From NCBI GenBank assembly GCA_964035545.1, contig OZ037770.1:620001-684000 (forward strand): a stretch of 64,000 bases of DNA, in the 5' to 3' direction. The notes under the pieces are model-generated. The model was given only the letters and a program-made list of their open reading frames with translations, had not been told where the DNA came from and did no database searches. Both the position numbers and the translations under genes were made by a program. Shown piece by piece: positions 1 to 32,249 of this stretch. The stretch comes from Bugula neritina (lineage: Eukaryota > Animalia > Bryozoa). Positions within the stretch are counted from its first letter, which is position 1. Each line of letters starts with the position of its first letter.

Positions 1-117
1 ATCGGTTTTAATACATGAGCTTTGTTTTATGATAATTCTTATTGCACTTTTGTTACTTTAGCTATATTCGAAATTTATATATATTTTACATTCCAATACT
101 TTTTCATTATTTTGTAC

Positions 118-169
118 ATCACCTTGACGAGTGGCCAAAGTCATGCTACGAAACAAATTTGTAGGTGAT
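118..169 (+). ncRNA. Type I hammerhead ribozyme-like motif (variant core), probably a retroelement terminal-repeat remnant
   Basis: Stem I ATCACC/GGTGAT; core TTGACGA (U instead of C at position 3); stem II GTGGC..GCTAC; GAAA; palindromic CAAATTTG stem III; GTA cleavage triplet. Confidence 0.6.
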
Positions 170-395
170 ATATACTTGATATTAAAATAGAAGATTTTAG
201 TCAATTGTACCTAACCTATATATGTATATATATTTTTTTTTTCAAATTTTTGGTAACAAACTAAACAATAAACCTGAAGCCATTTTGACAAAACTATTTT
301 ATCTTAAAAAAACAAATATCATTGTTGATCGTGTAAAAATACCACAAGTTGAATTGATCAGGTATTGTTTGTACTTGAAGCTACATTTAGACATT

Positions 396-10237
<9,842 letters not shown>

Positions 10238-10354
10238 ATGAGTAGAGTAAAAGAAGAGGGAAGCAAAGTATCTACAAAATCCACATGAACACAAAAATAA
10301 CATTATCATGCAAATATTTCAAAGATTAAATACTTAGTATTATAATGATTCAGT

Positions 10355-11480
10355 TTTGACTGTGAAAGAATAGTTTGTATTTTTAACTTTTTTGGAAAAA
10401 ACAATTGCGCTATAATTTTATTTGTCTGAATATGTAAATATAACTAAGAGAGTAAACACTTAGCATCTCAAGAAAGTTGTTGTCAAATCAAAAACCTCTG
10501 CACCTGAATCTAACATAAAATCTACAGTGTTTTCAGCAACTCTTCGAGTTTTCATTAACAGTTCCTTTTACGATATAGACATACAAGAAATTCAATCGCG
10601 TTATTTGCTTATCTTCTTATTGCTTGCAGCTACCCCTTGCACCAAGTGTTCTATATATAAGGGTATACAAACTATAAAATATCTCTCAGGGTTTACATAC
10701 AGCTAGGTCACTCTGAAAACCACCTTAAGAACTATGACTCAACTTATTGCATCAAAATAAGCTTGTTCCTAGGAAAGTTATAAACCTGGTTTCTAGGCTA
10801 CGAATATTTCTATGGTTAATTTTTCTCTCCTCTTTATACTCAGCAGTCTCTGGGTATCTCATTTCATTATCTTTAGCAGTTTACACATATAGATTTAATT
10901 GACAACCACAACAAAAGTACTTTGTTACATAATTTTGTACCTTTGACTGTTTTGAAACACAATTGTGCTATAATTTTGTCTGAATATTCAAATATAATTG
11001 AGATGGTAAATATTTAGTGTCTTTAATAGTTAGGGTCAAAGAAAAGACTTCTGCACCTGAACCTAATATGAAATCTATATGTTTTATTAAATTTTAGAAT
11101 GTTCATTAACATTTCCTTCTACCATATAGACATTCAATAAATCCCACCTAGTTATGTGCTTATGTTATTGGCACTTGGGGCTACCCTTGAACTTTTGAGA
11201 TATAATAGGTGCCTTAAATACTTAAAAGTATGAAACTATGAAACATATCACTACTATTGTACTTCTAAACCTGTAAATCATTTTGAGAATGGTCTTGTGA
11301 AATAGTTCACTCCAAGACATTGAGTGAAAATTAGCCTCTCTCTAGGCAAGTTATAAACCTGGTTTCTAAGCTGCCCACATTTCCAGGACTAGCTTTTCTC
11401 TTCCACAGTCAGTAGTTTCTGGGCTTCTCATCTCACTACCTTTAACAATTCATATCTATAAATGTGATCAATAACCACAA
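10355..11480 (+). repeat. Diverged ~560-bp tandem duplication between paralogs 1 and 2
   Basis: Shared blocks (TTTGTCTGAATAT, CTGCACCTGAA, AAGTTATAAACCTGGTTTCTA) recur ~560 bp apart; one homologous copy follows paralog 2 (~20230-20690). Confidence 0.7.
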
Positions 11481-11512
11481 AATATCTAAAATAGGAAATG
11501 GAAAAATCTTCT

Positions 11513-11550
11513 AACATAGTTTTAGCTTAAAGCAAGAAAATCATTGTTAA
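11513..11550 (+). promoter_or_regulatory. Conserved proximal element (AACATA..TTAGCT..AAAG..TCATTGTT) upstream of every paralog; this copy precedes paralog 2
   Basis: CATTGTT at 320, 11542, 21459, 33547, 43192, 61692 (GATTGTT at 53344), always 65-83 bp before the ATG. Confidence 0.55.
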
Positions 11551-11621
11551 AGCTGTAAAGGAAATATTTCAAATTATTTTCATTAGGCTTTTATGTATTT
11601 TAAAAAAAGAACTATTTTATA

Positions 11622-20088
<8,467 letters not shown>

Positions 20089-22340
20089 AGAGAAAAAGGA
20101 AGGAAAAATCTTTATATAATCAAACATAAAACTACACCAAAATATATTATTATGCAATGGTTGGAAGAAACAAATATATATTATTATATTCAAGTCCTTT
20201 TGACTCTTAGAGACATACCTATCTTTATTACAACTGTTTGACCTTTCTATTGTGTATTATAAATTTGTCTTTCTGAATATAAAAGTATAAGTGAGCTTTT
20301 AAACACTTAATTGTTTAAGATAGTTTCTGTTAACGTAGAAGTTGTAGCACTTGAATCTAATATGCAATCTACAAAATTTTATCAATTCTCAACGTTTTAA
20401 TTTGTAACTTTTTCCTTCTCAATATACTTTTAATAAGACTTACATGTCTAGTGCTCATCTTACAATTACACTTTGAAGACATATCTTTGGCTGTCCTTTG
20501 GGCTATTACTAAAACTGTCAGTAAAACAACAATAAAATCTGTCACTGCTTCTATAGCTGTCTAGTTAAGAATGGTCAGGTGAAATAAGTTTTACTAAGTT
20601 AGGCATTAAAAATCAGCTTGTTACTGGGCAAGTTGGTAACCGCGTTTCTTCAAGCTGCCGAAATTGTTGGCCTAGTTTTTTTCTCCTCCATGCTGCAGTA
20701 AAACACAACAGTTTATAAGGCTCTTATCTTGCCTTCTGCCTCTCTATCTGTTGGAGTTGATTTTGCTAACATCAATAAATCAGTACGCCCTCTTTGTAAA
20801 CATGATCAACTATATGAGTCATCAGATATTACTGTACAGTGTTTATCATTTTCTGTGTATCTACTCTTAGAAAGAGAATTTGCATACGACTATTTACAAA
20901 TGCCTCGGAATTTCATTTTTTTACCAAATGTTTTGTTTAGAGAAAACTATTCAAAAACTTGAACATTCACTAATGTTGCTCTCAAGACGAGATGAAAGTA
21001 CTTGATCCAGTTTTAACTTGGCTTAGAAGTCAATGATATTTTTATATGTTGATATTGGGAATAAAAAAAGAGTAGTTATTGTTCTAATTTGTATATAAAA
21101 TACAGTCCGCACAGATAATTACTCATTATTTGTGTTAATATTCAAAAAATTGAGAAAACTAGTTGGCATTTGAAGATAAAAAAAGGAATAAGCACAAGTT
21201 TAGACTTGGACAGTAATATTAGAGTCAAGTACTATCAATAATGAAGTTTCACTTGCTAAATTGGCTGAGTTTTCATTTTAGTTTGATATTTGAAAGTTAC
21301 CAGACACTAGATTCAGATTTTACAACCTTGAACAGCGTTCAGCTTATTTGATAATTGTGCAATTAGTTGTATTGTATTGTATTTAGATTACAAGTGGCAT
21401 ATCAACAATATAAAACAGAAGTATTTCAAAACATAACTTTAGCTGAAAGCAATAAAATCATTGTTAAATTTGTAAGAAAAAATACATGAAATAATTTTGG
21501 TAAGAATTGTTTATATTATTTTAAAACAAGATTTCGACATTATGCTATTGAAGCTTGTAATCTTGCTTTGTATAAACCAGGTGCTACATAACATTATTGC
21601 ACTCAGTGCTGTATCTCCACAGATGTAAGTACAAAATATGCTTCAATCTGTTGATATGTTGATTCAACATTTGAGATTAACTTATAAATGTTCTGTTTTA
21701 TTGAGATTCATTTTATTTGAATATATAAAAGCATTGATGAACACACGCACACGCACGAACACTGGTCGATTTACCTAATGAAATACACATTAGAAATATC
21801 AAGGTTTTGCTGTTTCACAGTTTAGCTGCTAATTCATATGAATTTTGCCCACAACAAATAAAATGTCAATCAACACAACTATAAAAATCAAGGTTCTTTT
21901 TCATGTTGTGTAATATCCCATGCTTTTTTTATCAATTAGCCAAGTTTTTCTGGGACTATTTGCAAGTGCAAATTAACTAAATAGTTTCAAGGGAAACATA
22001 GGAAACCAAACAGAATTTAAAATAAACCTTGAATATTTAGTTGTATAACTTTATGCACTTTATTATAATATGATCAAAATATTTTTTTGCAGAGAACTTT
22101 TAAGGCCTCTGAGGCTGTATGAGTTAAACCGAGACACATTCACAGTGAAATCTGACATACACATCAAAATACCTCTTGGCCCATTTGTTTTTTGGGACAT
22201 GGGCTTTTGACTTTTGTCTCACTGGACCAAATACGACGCATGCACTGATACGCAAGACCAGCGATTTTCTCAGTATAGTAAAGAGCATATAATTCAGGTG
22301 AGTAACATCAAACCTACTAGATATTTGCACATCTTAAAAA

Positions 22341-22935
<595 letters not shown>

Positions 22936-23199
22936 GAAATTTTAAAAAACTAGGCAGACGGAGTCGAGAAACGAGAATAAGTAAAAGCAAAAAAGAGGCC
23001 CCTTGCCATGACTCATTCAACACCAAAATATATTGCATTGTTGCAGTCAGTTTTTGCAGATTTGGCACCAGTGTACGGTCAAGATTATACAGTCCGTTTA
23101 ATAGTTTTTCGGGATAACAGGTTGAATATAAGACGAAACGACTCCACATCCATCAACATAGGTATTTTCTACTTTATCAATATTCGTATCAACATATAT

Positions 23200-23307
<108 letters not shown>

Positions 23308-25721
23308 TTAGTTATACTTTTAGCTCCCATGGTAGTTGAGAAGTTTAAAGCCGAGAATGGATATAATACTAATAATATAATAATAACTGTCATCCCAAGA
23401 GCAAAGACACCCTCAGGGCGACCTTCATACTACAATGGACTAGTAGCAAAATATAATTCATCAAGAGGCAGTAAGGGGCAAATTTCAGGTGATTCTACTA
23501 CTCAAAATAATTGTAGCCCCTGCACCAACCCAGTAACAATTGTATTCAATGTTAAGTTATATTAGATATTTAGTTAATGCTGAAACTTTAAAGTGGTGTG
23601 TAAATAAGTAAATCACCTTTTTATATTTGCAGAGTTCTTTATTTACCCTCTAAGCTTCTGAAAATTGACTGAAGCGTCTTTAGGCAGATGTATCTCTGTA
23701 TCAACCTAGAGGTTAAGTCTACTCGTTTTTATTGGTTCTATATTCTGTTATTTGTCATCACGTTCTTTCTTCAACCAGTTCATCCTGGAACAAATACTAT
23801 AAGCAGAGCTGAGCTCGGCATTCTGGGAAACAGAATAGTGAATTTTATGTTGTATAGCTCCTCAGTAGGAGACCCGGATTTAGTTCTTTATGAGGTTTCT
23901 AATACCAACACTTTTCGGACAGGCAAGTTTAGCTGTATATACATATGTGTCTGTGCATGCGTGCGTTCATGCGTGCGTGTGTATGTGTGTATTTATTCAT
24001 CATCAGTTATTGAACGTATGTTAGAAGTTAAAACGCTGTGCCAGATGCAGGACAAAAAGTGGATAAACTAAAACTCCAATAATAATTAGCCAGATTACAT
24101 AAAGAAATGCTTTATATTATCTTTGTTTAATATATAGTTGCATTTAAATATTTAAAAACAAACTGTGCTCTGTAATTTGAGTTTTAAAATACAGCTTCAT
24201 TTTTATTGAGAACAGTTTTTTTATAAAGTTGAGACTTGAGATTACAAACAGCAGCTAATTAAAGAGTTCTAGTATTCATACATGTGTGTCAGCATCTAAC
24301 CTAATAATTTGGTGTTATGTTCCCTTAGGACCCAGTTTTCCTCCAAACATCGACGTCTCTCTCCAAGACCAGACTATCACCGTCTCCTGGACTCCAAGTG
24401 ATGAATACAGTTCGATAAAGTTGGTCGTGTCAGCTTCTCATGATACAAAAAACAAGATGATATATGTAAGGAGTTTAGAACCTCATCTACTTGTGATTTA
24501 TTCTAAACTCACATCAACCTCTGATGCATAAGAAGAAAGCACTTGCTTACTTTTTATTGCACGCATCATATAATATATTAGCATTTTGCTGATGACAAGA
24601 GAGAAGCTGTCAAAACTTTGAGCAATTGCTTAGCCTGTCCCACTTTTTTCGCGATCATTTATATATTATGCACTTGTATTTTAACTGTTGAACTATCTTG
24701 ACTAGTTTTAAGGAAAGTCTGCAATTTTTTCCAAGGCTAAATGTCAGTAAGAAAAGAGTTATCTGACAAATTGCCTTTCTAATTTTTCACATCAGTTCTG
24801 TGTTGCACTCCATTATCACATTTTTGTTTAGTTTTGAATTGCCTAACTTCCCCAATAGCTTTCAACATATTTGCCAGCAAATGTAAGGTATTGTTTTAAG
24901 TTATTGACTTTAGAGTGCCAGAAATATTCGATATATATATAAAAGGCTGGTAAGTATATAGGTCTAACCATGCGCTCTATTGTACATATTTATTGGCACT
25001 TTTTACGCTTGATGCATCTAAATGTAGGCACCCGAGGCAAGATCAACGGAACAATTTGTTGTCATTCCTGGTACTACTTACGACATAACTTTTGAAGCGT
25101 CTAACATCGGGTTGACAATACAGAAATATTTTAAAAAATCCCCTGGTAAATGCTGTTTTACTAATTGCTCACTTGTGACTATGATGGTGAAGTACTATAA
25201 TTTGTCATATAAACAGATTCATGCATTCTAAAGTATGTGGCAAAACAAAAGTAAAACTTATGTTATGTGATGAGTGAATACGCAACCTTTACTAGTAATT
25301 GATATTTTAATTTTAATTTTGCATTAGAGCTACTATAATGTAATTATATGCCATAAGAAATATATTTTAGAACACCAGTGAAAAAGTATTTTAGTTTATT
25401 ATGAAATGCTTTTAGGACCGTTGCCAGTGAAATCTTTTACTGTCTCACCAATAAGTCAGAACGCTGATGGTAAATTTAGAGTTCTCCTACAATGGAGTAT
25501 TGAAAATACATTTTATGATTCGCTGGTCATTAAATCCTCGACCAAATGTGGTGGCCGTTATATTTACTTGGTGAGTTTATATCTTTTTGATAATATGCTA
25601 GTAGATGAAAGTTGACTTTAAATCATGTTTATCTAGACAACTTGAACATCTGTCATTTTACTAAATTTAATACACACTAGAAATCTCTAGATTTTATTTT
25701 TTTACAATTTAGTTACTAAAA

Positions 25722-25979
25722 GGTTTTGCCCAAAACTAGTAAAATATCAACTAATACATTTAAATAATCAAGGTTATTTTTAATTTTGCTCAATTTCCCA
25801 TGTTTTTTCTAAATTATTCTGTTATTTTTGATTGTGATATGTTATGGTTTTTTTCCTGGCGGTCCGCAATCTAAGTTGGCTAAATAAATAAAAAAAAAGT
25901 GGGAAATCAAGCAAAATTAGGAAGAACTTTAATTATTTAGATGTATTTACTGACATTTGACTAGTTTTGGGCAAAAACC
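25722..25979. mobile_element. Small fold-back element/MITE with ~85-bp imperfect inverted repeats
   Basis: GGTTTTGCCCAAAACTAGT... / ...ACTAGTTTTGGGCAAAAACC with continued complementarity inward. Confidence 0.55.
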
Positions 25980-26020
25980 AATGTTCACTGGCAGCTAAAC
26001 TGTGACATTTTTAATTATAG

Positions 26021-26052
<32 letters not shown>

Positions 26053-26056
<4 letters not shown>

Positions 26057-27238
26057 TATAAATAGGTATACGAGAAACATTGTTATTTATTACTTTATTA
26101 TGTAAAGTAATTACACTGATATTTCGGGTACCACTGTACCCATCTTCAGAGTAGCAATGAATGAAATTCAAAAATTATTATGTTACGTTAGACGTTATGC
26201 ATGACACAAAGAATAGAGAGTGACAGTTATTGTAAATTATTGAAACTTAAAGGAGATAATCTTATTTTATATATTACGCAGGTCAAAAATTATACTGATT
26301 TTTTTGCATAAAAAATAAATTAGAGTTGACAAAAAAATAGATATCCAAATATAAAAACAGCAAGAATTAGTGAAACTATGTGAGAGTTGAGTAGTGTGGA
26401 GCTATTGATATAGTTTTAGTGGTATGGAGTAATTTTGTTTATTAAGTTGCGGTTTTATTTGTTTAATGTAGAGAGCTTCGGCTACTTTTCGATGGTGGAT
26501 TCCTTTAAATGAATGATTTAAAACTGTTACATTGTCTATTGATATGTTTCCATGATTAGTGGTAGAGATGTGTTGATAAATTTTGGAATTGATGTCATTG
26601 CAGTGTTCATGTATCCTGTGTGATAGGCGACGTCCGGTTTCGCCTATCACACAGGATACATGAACACTGCAATGACATCAATTCCAAAATTTATCAACAC
26701 ATCTCTACCACTAATCATGGAAACATATCAATAGACAATGTAACAGTTTTAAATCATTCATTTAAAGGAATCCACCATCGAAAAGTAGCCGAAGCTCTCT
26801 ACATTAAACAAATAAAACCGCAACTTAATAAACAAAATTACTCCATACCACTAAAACTATATCAATAGCTCCACACTACTCAACTCTCACATAGTTTCAC
26901 TAATTCTTGCTGTTTTTATATTTGGATATCTATTTTTTTGTCAACTCTAATTTATTTTTTATGCAAAAAAATCAGTATAATTTTTGACCTGCGTAATATA
27001 TAAAATAAGATTATCTCCTTTAAGTTTCAATAATTTACAATAACTGTCACTCTCTATTCTTTGTGTCATGCATAACGTCTAACGTAACATAATAATTTTT
27101 GAATTTCATTCATTGCTACTCTGAAGATGGGTACAGTGGTACCCGAAATATCAGTGTAATTACTTTACATAATAAAGTAATAAATAACAATGTTTCTCGT
27201 ATACCTATTTATAATCAAATTACTAGCTCGTAAAGATA

Positions 27239-27243
<5 letters not shown>
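26053..27243. mobile_element. Palindromic (fold-back) fragment of a Penelope-like retroelement: GIY-YIG endonuclease C-terminal part + 3' terminal region, inserted in a (TA)n tract
   Basis: Inverted arms 26053-26630 and 26640-27217 (578 bp each, 9-nt spacer). ORFs 26402-26650(-) and 26620-26868(+) encode (IGETG)RRLSHRIHEH..SKIYQH..NH..HRKVAEALYIKQIKPQLN, the Penelope-type GIY-YIG signature. Hammerhead motif in each arm; (TA)n on both sides. Confidence 0.88.
27112..27160 (+). ncRNA. Minimal hammerhead ribozyme of the Penelope-like element (mirror copy on minus strand at 26110-26158)
   Basis: TACT-CTGAAGA-T-GGGTAC-AGTG-GTACCC-GAAA-TATC-AGTG: core, 6-bp stem II, vestigial palindromic stem III (ATAT), as described for Penelope-associated minimal hammerheads. 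Confidence 0.75.
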
Positions 27244-27293
<50 letters not shown>

Positions 27294-30200
27294 TGTTTAG
27301 TTTTCTGAATAATCAACTACATACCAATAGTCTTCTTGTATCTGAGTTATCGGATAGTCTCACTATTAACATGAGTCAACAAATAGTTATTCTACGTATG
27401 AGTCATCAAATTATAATCACTTTGAATTTTTGCAATCAACAAGTTACTCTGAATATGAGTCATCGAACCTGAGTACGAGTCATGCTAACTTTGTATTTGT
27501 GAACAATACGAACACGATGTTTTATTGCAGAATTATGTAGCAGAAGTGAAAAGAGCAATGGAATGGGTAGATACTATACCAACAGGGAAACTCTGTTTGT
27601 TTAGCATCTGGGTGACTAGTGATGATTTCAATGGAAACAAACTTGTATCATCACATATAACAGCCTCAGTCTGGCTACGTGAGAAAGCTATATTTAAAGA
27701 CTTTTATTTTGTTATAGTTGCAAAGGCGTTTATATTTACTTATCTCTGGTCATTTTTTAAATAAACCAACAAATATCAAGCTTTTTTCTATAAACTTTTT
27801 AATTATCATTTTTGAAATTGGTACGTGCAAAATTTTTATTACAAATAAAAAGGTAAACTTTTTGTGATTTATATTTTGTGTGAAGCTGGGCTTGTCCGTT
27901 TTCCACTGTGTTTTAAAACATTTGTAACATCACATATTGTGCAGTTTTAAAACTACCAGTGCTAAGAGACAAATCATATATTCTTTACAAACCTAATCAT
28001 CAATGATATTTGTCTTCAAAGCATTTTGGGCAAACAAAAGTTAAAAAAGTTTTCTCTTTTTAACTTTATAAAATACATTTTGAAAAATTTTTGTTGGTCT
28101 ACAACAAAGATTTTGGGTCTTATATTTATTGGGATGTGTAAACTTATAACTTGTTGGCTTTTCAGCTCCAATGGCACCCAAAAGTATTTCAATTTTCAAA
28201 CAAAATGATGAAAATGGAACTGGGAGTTACTATTTGTCATTTATGAAACCAAACAATACCCTCTTCTCACAAGTATTAGTAAACATCACAGATTTCAGCT
28301 ACCGGTTGCATGGTAAATGTTACAATGTGCTCTTACACTCTTCAGGTTTCATATTTGAATTTATTTTACATACTATTCTATAACAAGCCATATTATAGCT
28401 ATTCAATGCCATACCTGTCACACCTGTCATGTGTCAACCCTTCTATGGCACCTGTCACACCTGTCATGTGTCAACTCTCCTATGCTATCGTTGTACACAC
28501 TCCCCCGTCTCTATGTATTTTGACAAGAAGTTGTTTTAGATGAGACACTGCTTATAATAAAGTTAAAAAAAAAATTATTAAATATTATTAGAAACATCTT
28601 CCAACTCCCCCGTCTTCACTCAAGTGTTCGAAGACATTGGCAAACTTCCAAATGGTAGAACATACAAGACAACTCTTCAGCTGGTATCTGAACAAAATGG
28701 TGAAACAAGAGTTTCTGATTCAGTCTCAACACTTTTCAAAACTCGTATGTTTACAAAACATAGTCAATATAGCCAAAAAGTATGCTTTTTTAGATAATAT
28801 TTCCATCTTCCACGTATAATTAAGTAACAACTGTGGTTTCTACTATTGGTTTGACATCTAAACTTTTTAAAAGTTGAAGTTGTTCATGGTTTTACCAGCA
28901 CCCAGTACACCAACAGAAGTTAAAGTAGTACAACTGGAGCCACACAAGATAGAGGTATCCTGGAGTGGTGATTCAACAGATGTAAGTTAAACAGTCAAAG
29001 TATGGATGAACAAATTACTGATTAATTAATTATTTAGTTAATTAATCGATTGTTTGAATTATTAATCGATTGGTTGTTTGATTGATTGATTTAATGATCA
29101 ATTGATTGATTATTTAATTACCATGTTATCAAAGTCACTAATACTAGGTCAGTTATATATAAAAAAAATTATGCTTTGAATTTTGTTTATTGGAACTTGC
29201 TAATTGAATGAACTGTGAGTTTTATTTTTTTTAAATTTAAATAAGCGCAAACTGATGAATCTCTTTGTATTTGGTGACATTCAAAATAAATTAGCAAATT
29301 TATAATTTAAAGATCTAGTCTATATTAATGTTGAAAGTTGTTTAATATTGTCAAAAAATATCATATTGGTCTAGTTTTTAGAATCATACAAAATCAATGT
29401 ATGCCAGAAAAGGCAACCATTACTGTGTACCAAGTATGACATCCACTCTAATCACCCAACAGAAGCTGAGTTTAAAATTCAAATAGATCATCTTCCAGCT
29501 AGTGAATCAATTATAACAATGGCTTCTACTTACAATGGCTTTGCTAGCTTTAAAAGTGATCCTGTGTTACTAGATATTGATCCTAGAGGTAAATTTCACA
29601 AATATCCAATTAGAATGCAAACTCTACTGGCTTTTTATCATTTAGTTTAACCAAACTTTTAGCTAGATTGCACAGTTTAAAATTAGCTCAGTTTGATTAA
29701 TAATTCTTTTTAATTTTACAATTTACTAGAAACTTTTAAAACAATCATTTTTAACTTTTTTTAAAATCTCATTTTGAAAAATTAAGCTGTAGTATAAAAA
29801 CAATAGCAGTAGCAAACAGCAGCATGCAGTTGGCATAAACATATAAGTCTAAAGAAAGATTGAATTTTTTAGATATCAGTGTAAAGCCTTTCATACAAAT
29901 CTGTGTGAGCTCAGGGGTTCTTTGGTTGGCTACTTGTCTCTTTTTCTGGTAAGTTTGTTGGTTGTGCTGGTGAATGTGTCACTCACTCATCTCAGTAACT
30001 AGTTCCTTCACTGCCCTCAGTTATACTGTATTGTGTCACTCACTCATCTGATAGTTTAATCATTCCAAATAATGATGAAAATTATATCTGCTAGCAATAA
30101 CTTATTCTATTTGTTTGATACTATACTAACTCTATAAAAACGTTAACACTCAGCAAAAGCTTTGCCCGCCCTATAGGATCCAAACTGAAGAACTTTTTCT

Positions 30201-31559
30201 TGCAAACTACTAAACTAAAAGTTACACTACAAAGTGCTTATCATAGTTCTTACAACGATGTTTGTACGTTGATGAAACTTTTTTTTTAAACAACAAAGTA
30301 TGAAAATGGAGCTGTTTACAAATCTGTTTAACATTTAGTAATATGACTTTGATGAATTAAGTGGCCTATTATCATGGCGGTCTCTTTCTCACACGTTCGC
30401 TGTAAAACTTGTAAATAAAATATAACTGAATTTGTGCTAACTAAATAGTTTTTCTTAATATACAATTCTCCTGATAAAACAAAACAGTTTCTGGAGTGCA
30501 AAATTAATATACCATAAATGCCATGTCTATTGATCCAATATCTTAGCATACATTGGTCTGTTAGTTTATTTGTAGAATCATATTTTTATTTTTCCGCAGC
30601 AACTTATCAAAAAAATGGGATGAGAAGTTTAAATCTGATATGCAGGAAATTACTGAAATGCCTGCAGGATTAGTGGCTCGTGAACCATTGCCTATTATAG
30701 AGGAAGAAAATAGAAACTCTAAGTGAAAGAAGTTTTTATGCAAGAGAAAATTTCAAATAATGTTTTCATGTACATGTTTTATCAATTTTTCGTGATTACA
30801 TGCTTTCGTTTGTTTTTTGGGTTTTTGGAACATTTAAATACATGACTAAGATTTCAAGCATGCTGTAATTCACTAATTTTAACTGAATTGACCAGAATCA
30901 CAAAGCAATTTCATTCTTTTTTCAAAGTCAGCTTATGCAGTTGTCTGTATTTTAATTGTATCTTATTGGCTAACAAACAAGTGAATAGCCAATCAAATGG
31001 TAAGTATAGCAAAATTGATTAATTAGTCAAAGAGCATGACCATTAGCTGAATAGGTGCCTAATCCGAATCTGGGTGTCTTGATTTGATATTCTGTATTTG
31101 TCTCTTTCTTCTTTGATTCATTTATTTTCGCACTCTGGGCACTAAGGCTTTGTATATAACTGGTCAGTGTGAATACATCAGTATAAGCTATGGGTGCTGA
31201 ATATGAATCCAACAACAAAATTTAATCAGAAGTAAATTTCTTTTTGTGTACTTTTATACAATTGGTATGTATTGATGCAATAGAAAAGTTTAGTTTGGGA
31301 TTGTGTTGTGAATTTATGCTGCCGATAGTTTAGACAATAATAGTTAAGAAGATCTAATGTTTTAGCATATGTACTCTGTGCGCATGAGAGAGAGAGAGAA
31401 GATAAAAAGTTAATAATCAATTGAGTGTGTAATTCAATACTCATTGATACCAATAAACTATCCGCATAAACAATTACATCACAAAAAGAAATACATGAAT
31501 AAAAAGACTAACTGCTAAACTGACCAACATTAAGCTAGTGCCGTACTGTCCAATCAGGT

Positions 31560-31908
31560 GGTACTGATGCAGAATACACCATACTCTTCATTCACAGTTT
31601 ACCTATAGTGCGTCATAACGTAATCAGCCATTATTGCAAATGTCTCAGCTTCCTATACGGTGCTACAGTATGTTGGGATCAAGCACTGCTTGAGTCAAAC
31701 AAGTTGCAACGGGCTCCTATTTGACGAAAAATATTAAATGTTGACTAATTTGATATAATTCTTCATTGACGTGTCATATATCGCACCTAGTAGCAGACTT
31801 AGAAAACTTTAGCCTAAACAAATTAAAAATGGCTGCCATTCTGCTTTCTGCCTATGATACGGCAAAGTGTGAATGAGGGGATATACACATATATATCTGC
31901 ACAGTATC
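31560..31908. mobile_element. Degenerate MITE-like repeat
   Basis: Imperfect inverted ends (CTCTTCATTCACAGTTTACC / GGCAAAGTGTGAATGAGGG); internal segment similar to the reverse complement of ~37590-37680. Confidence 0.4.
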
Positions 31909-32249
31909 TACCATATTAGCATATTTTCAAGTTCAAAACAAAAGTTACATAGTGTAAACTAGCTAATAGGATTGCCCGAGCGTATAGTTGAGAGTCTATA
32001 GCCTACTGTCATTGGCAATACTAGCAATCTACCATAGCTAGCAATGTGTTTGTCTGAATTCCTTTATAGTTGAAAGTTAGAGCTTGAGCACAAAACTTTG
32101 CTCGAATTTTGTCATCAATTAAGCTTCTTGATATTTGATCACTTTACCTAGTTTTATAGTTCTTAGCCATTATTAATATAGCCTATCAAACTTTACTGCG
32201 CAAAAATATGTTTTCCCTTATAGTAGTTCTAACATTTAGAAGGGAGTAG

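Noticed and set aside
22208-22210. TGA as selenocysteine or programmed readthrough
   Set aside because: The following residues are out of register with the conserved FCLxG motif; compensating indels explain it better, and I identified no SECIS.
26402-26868. Two host genes encoding 82-aa nucleases
   Set aside because: Mirror-image truncated fragments lacking the N-terminal GIY motif and reverse transcriptase; retroelement debris.
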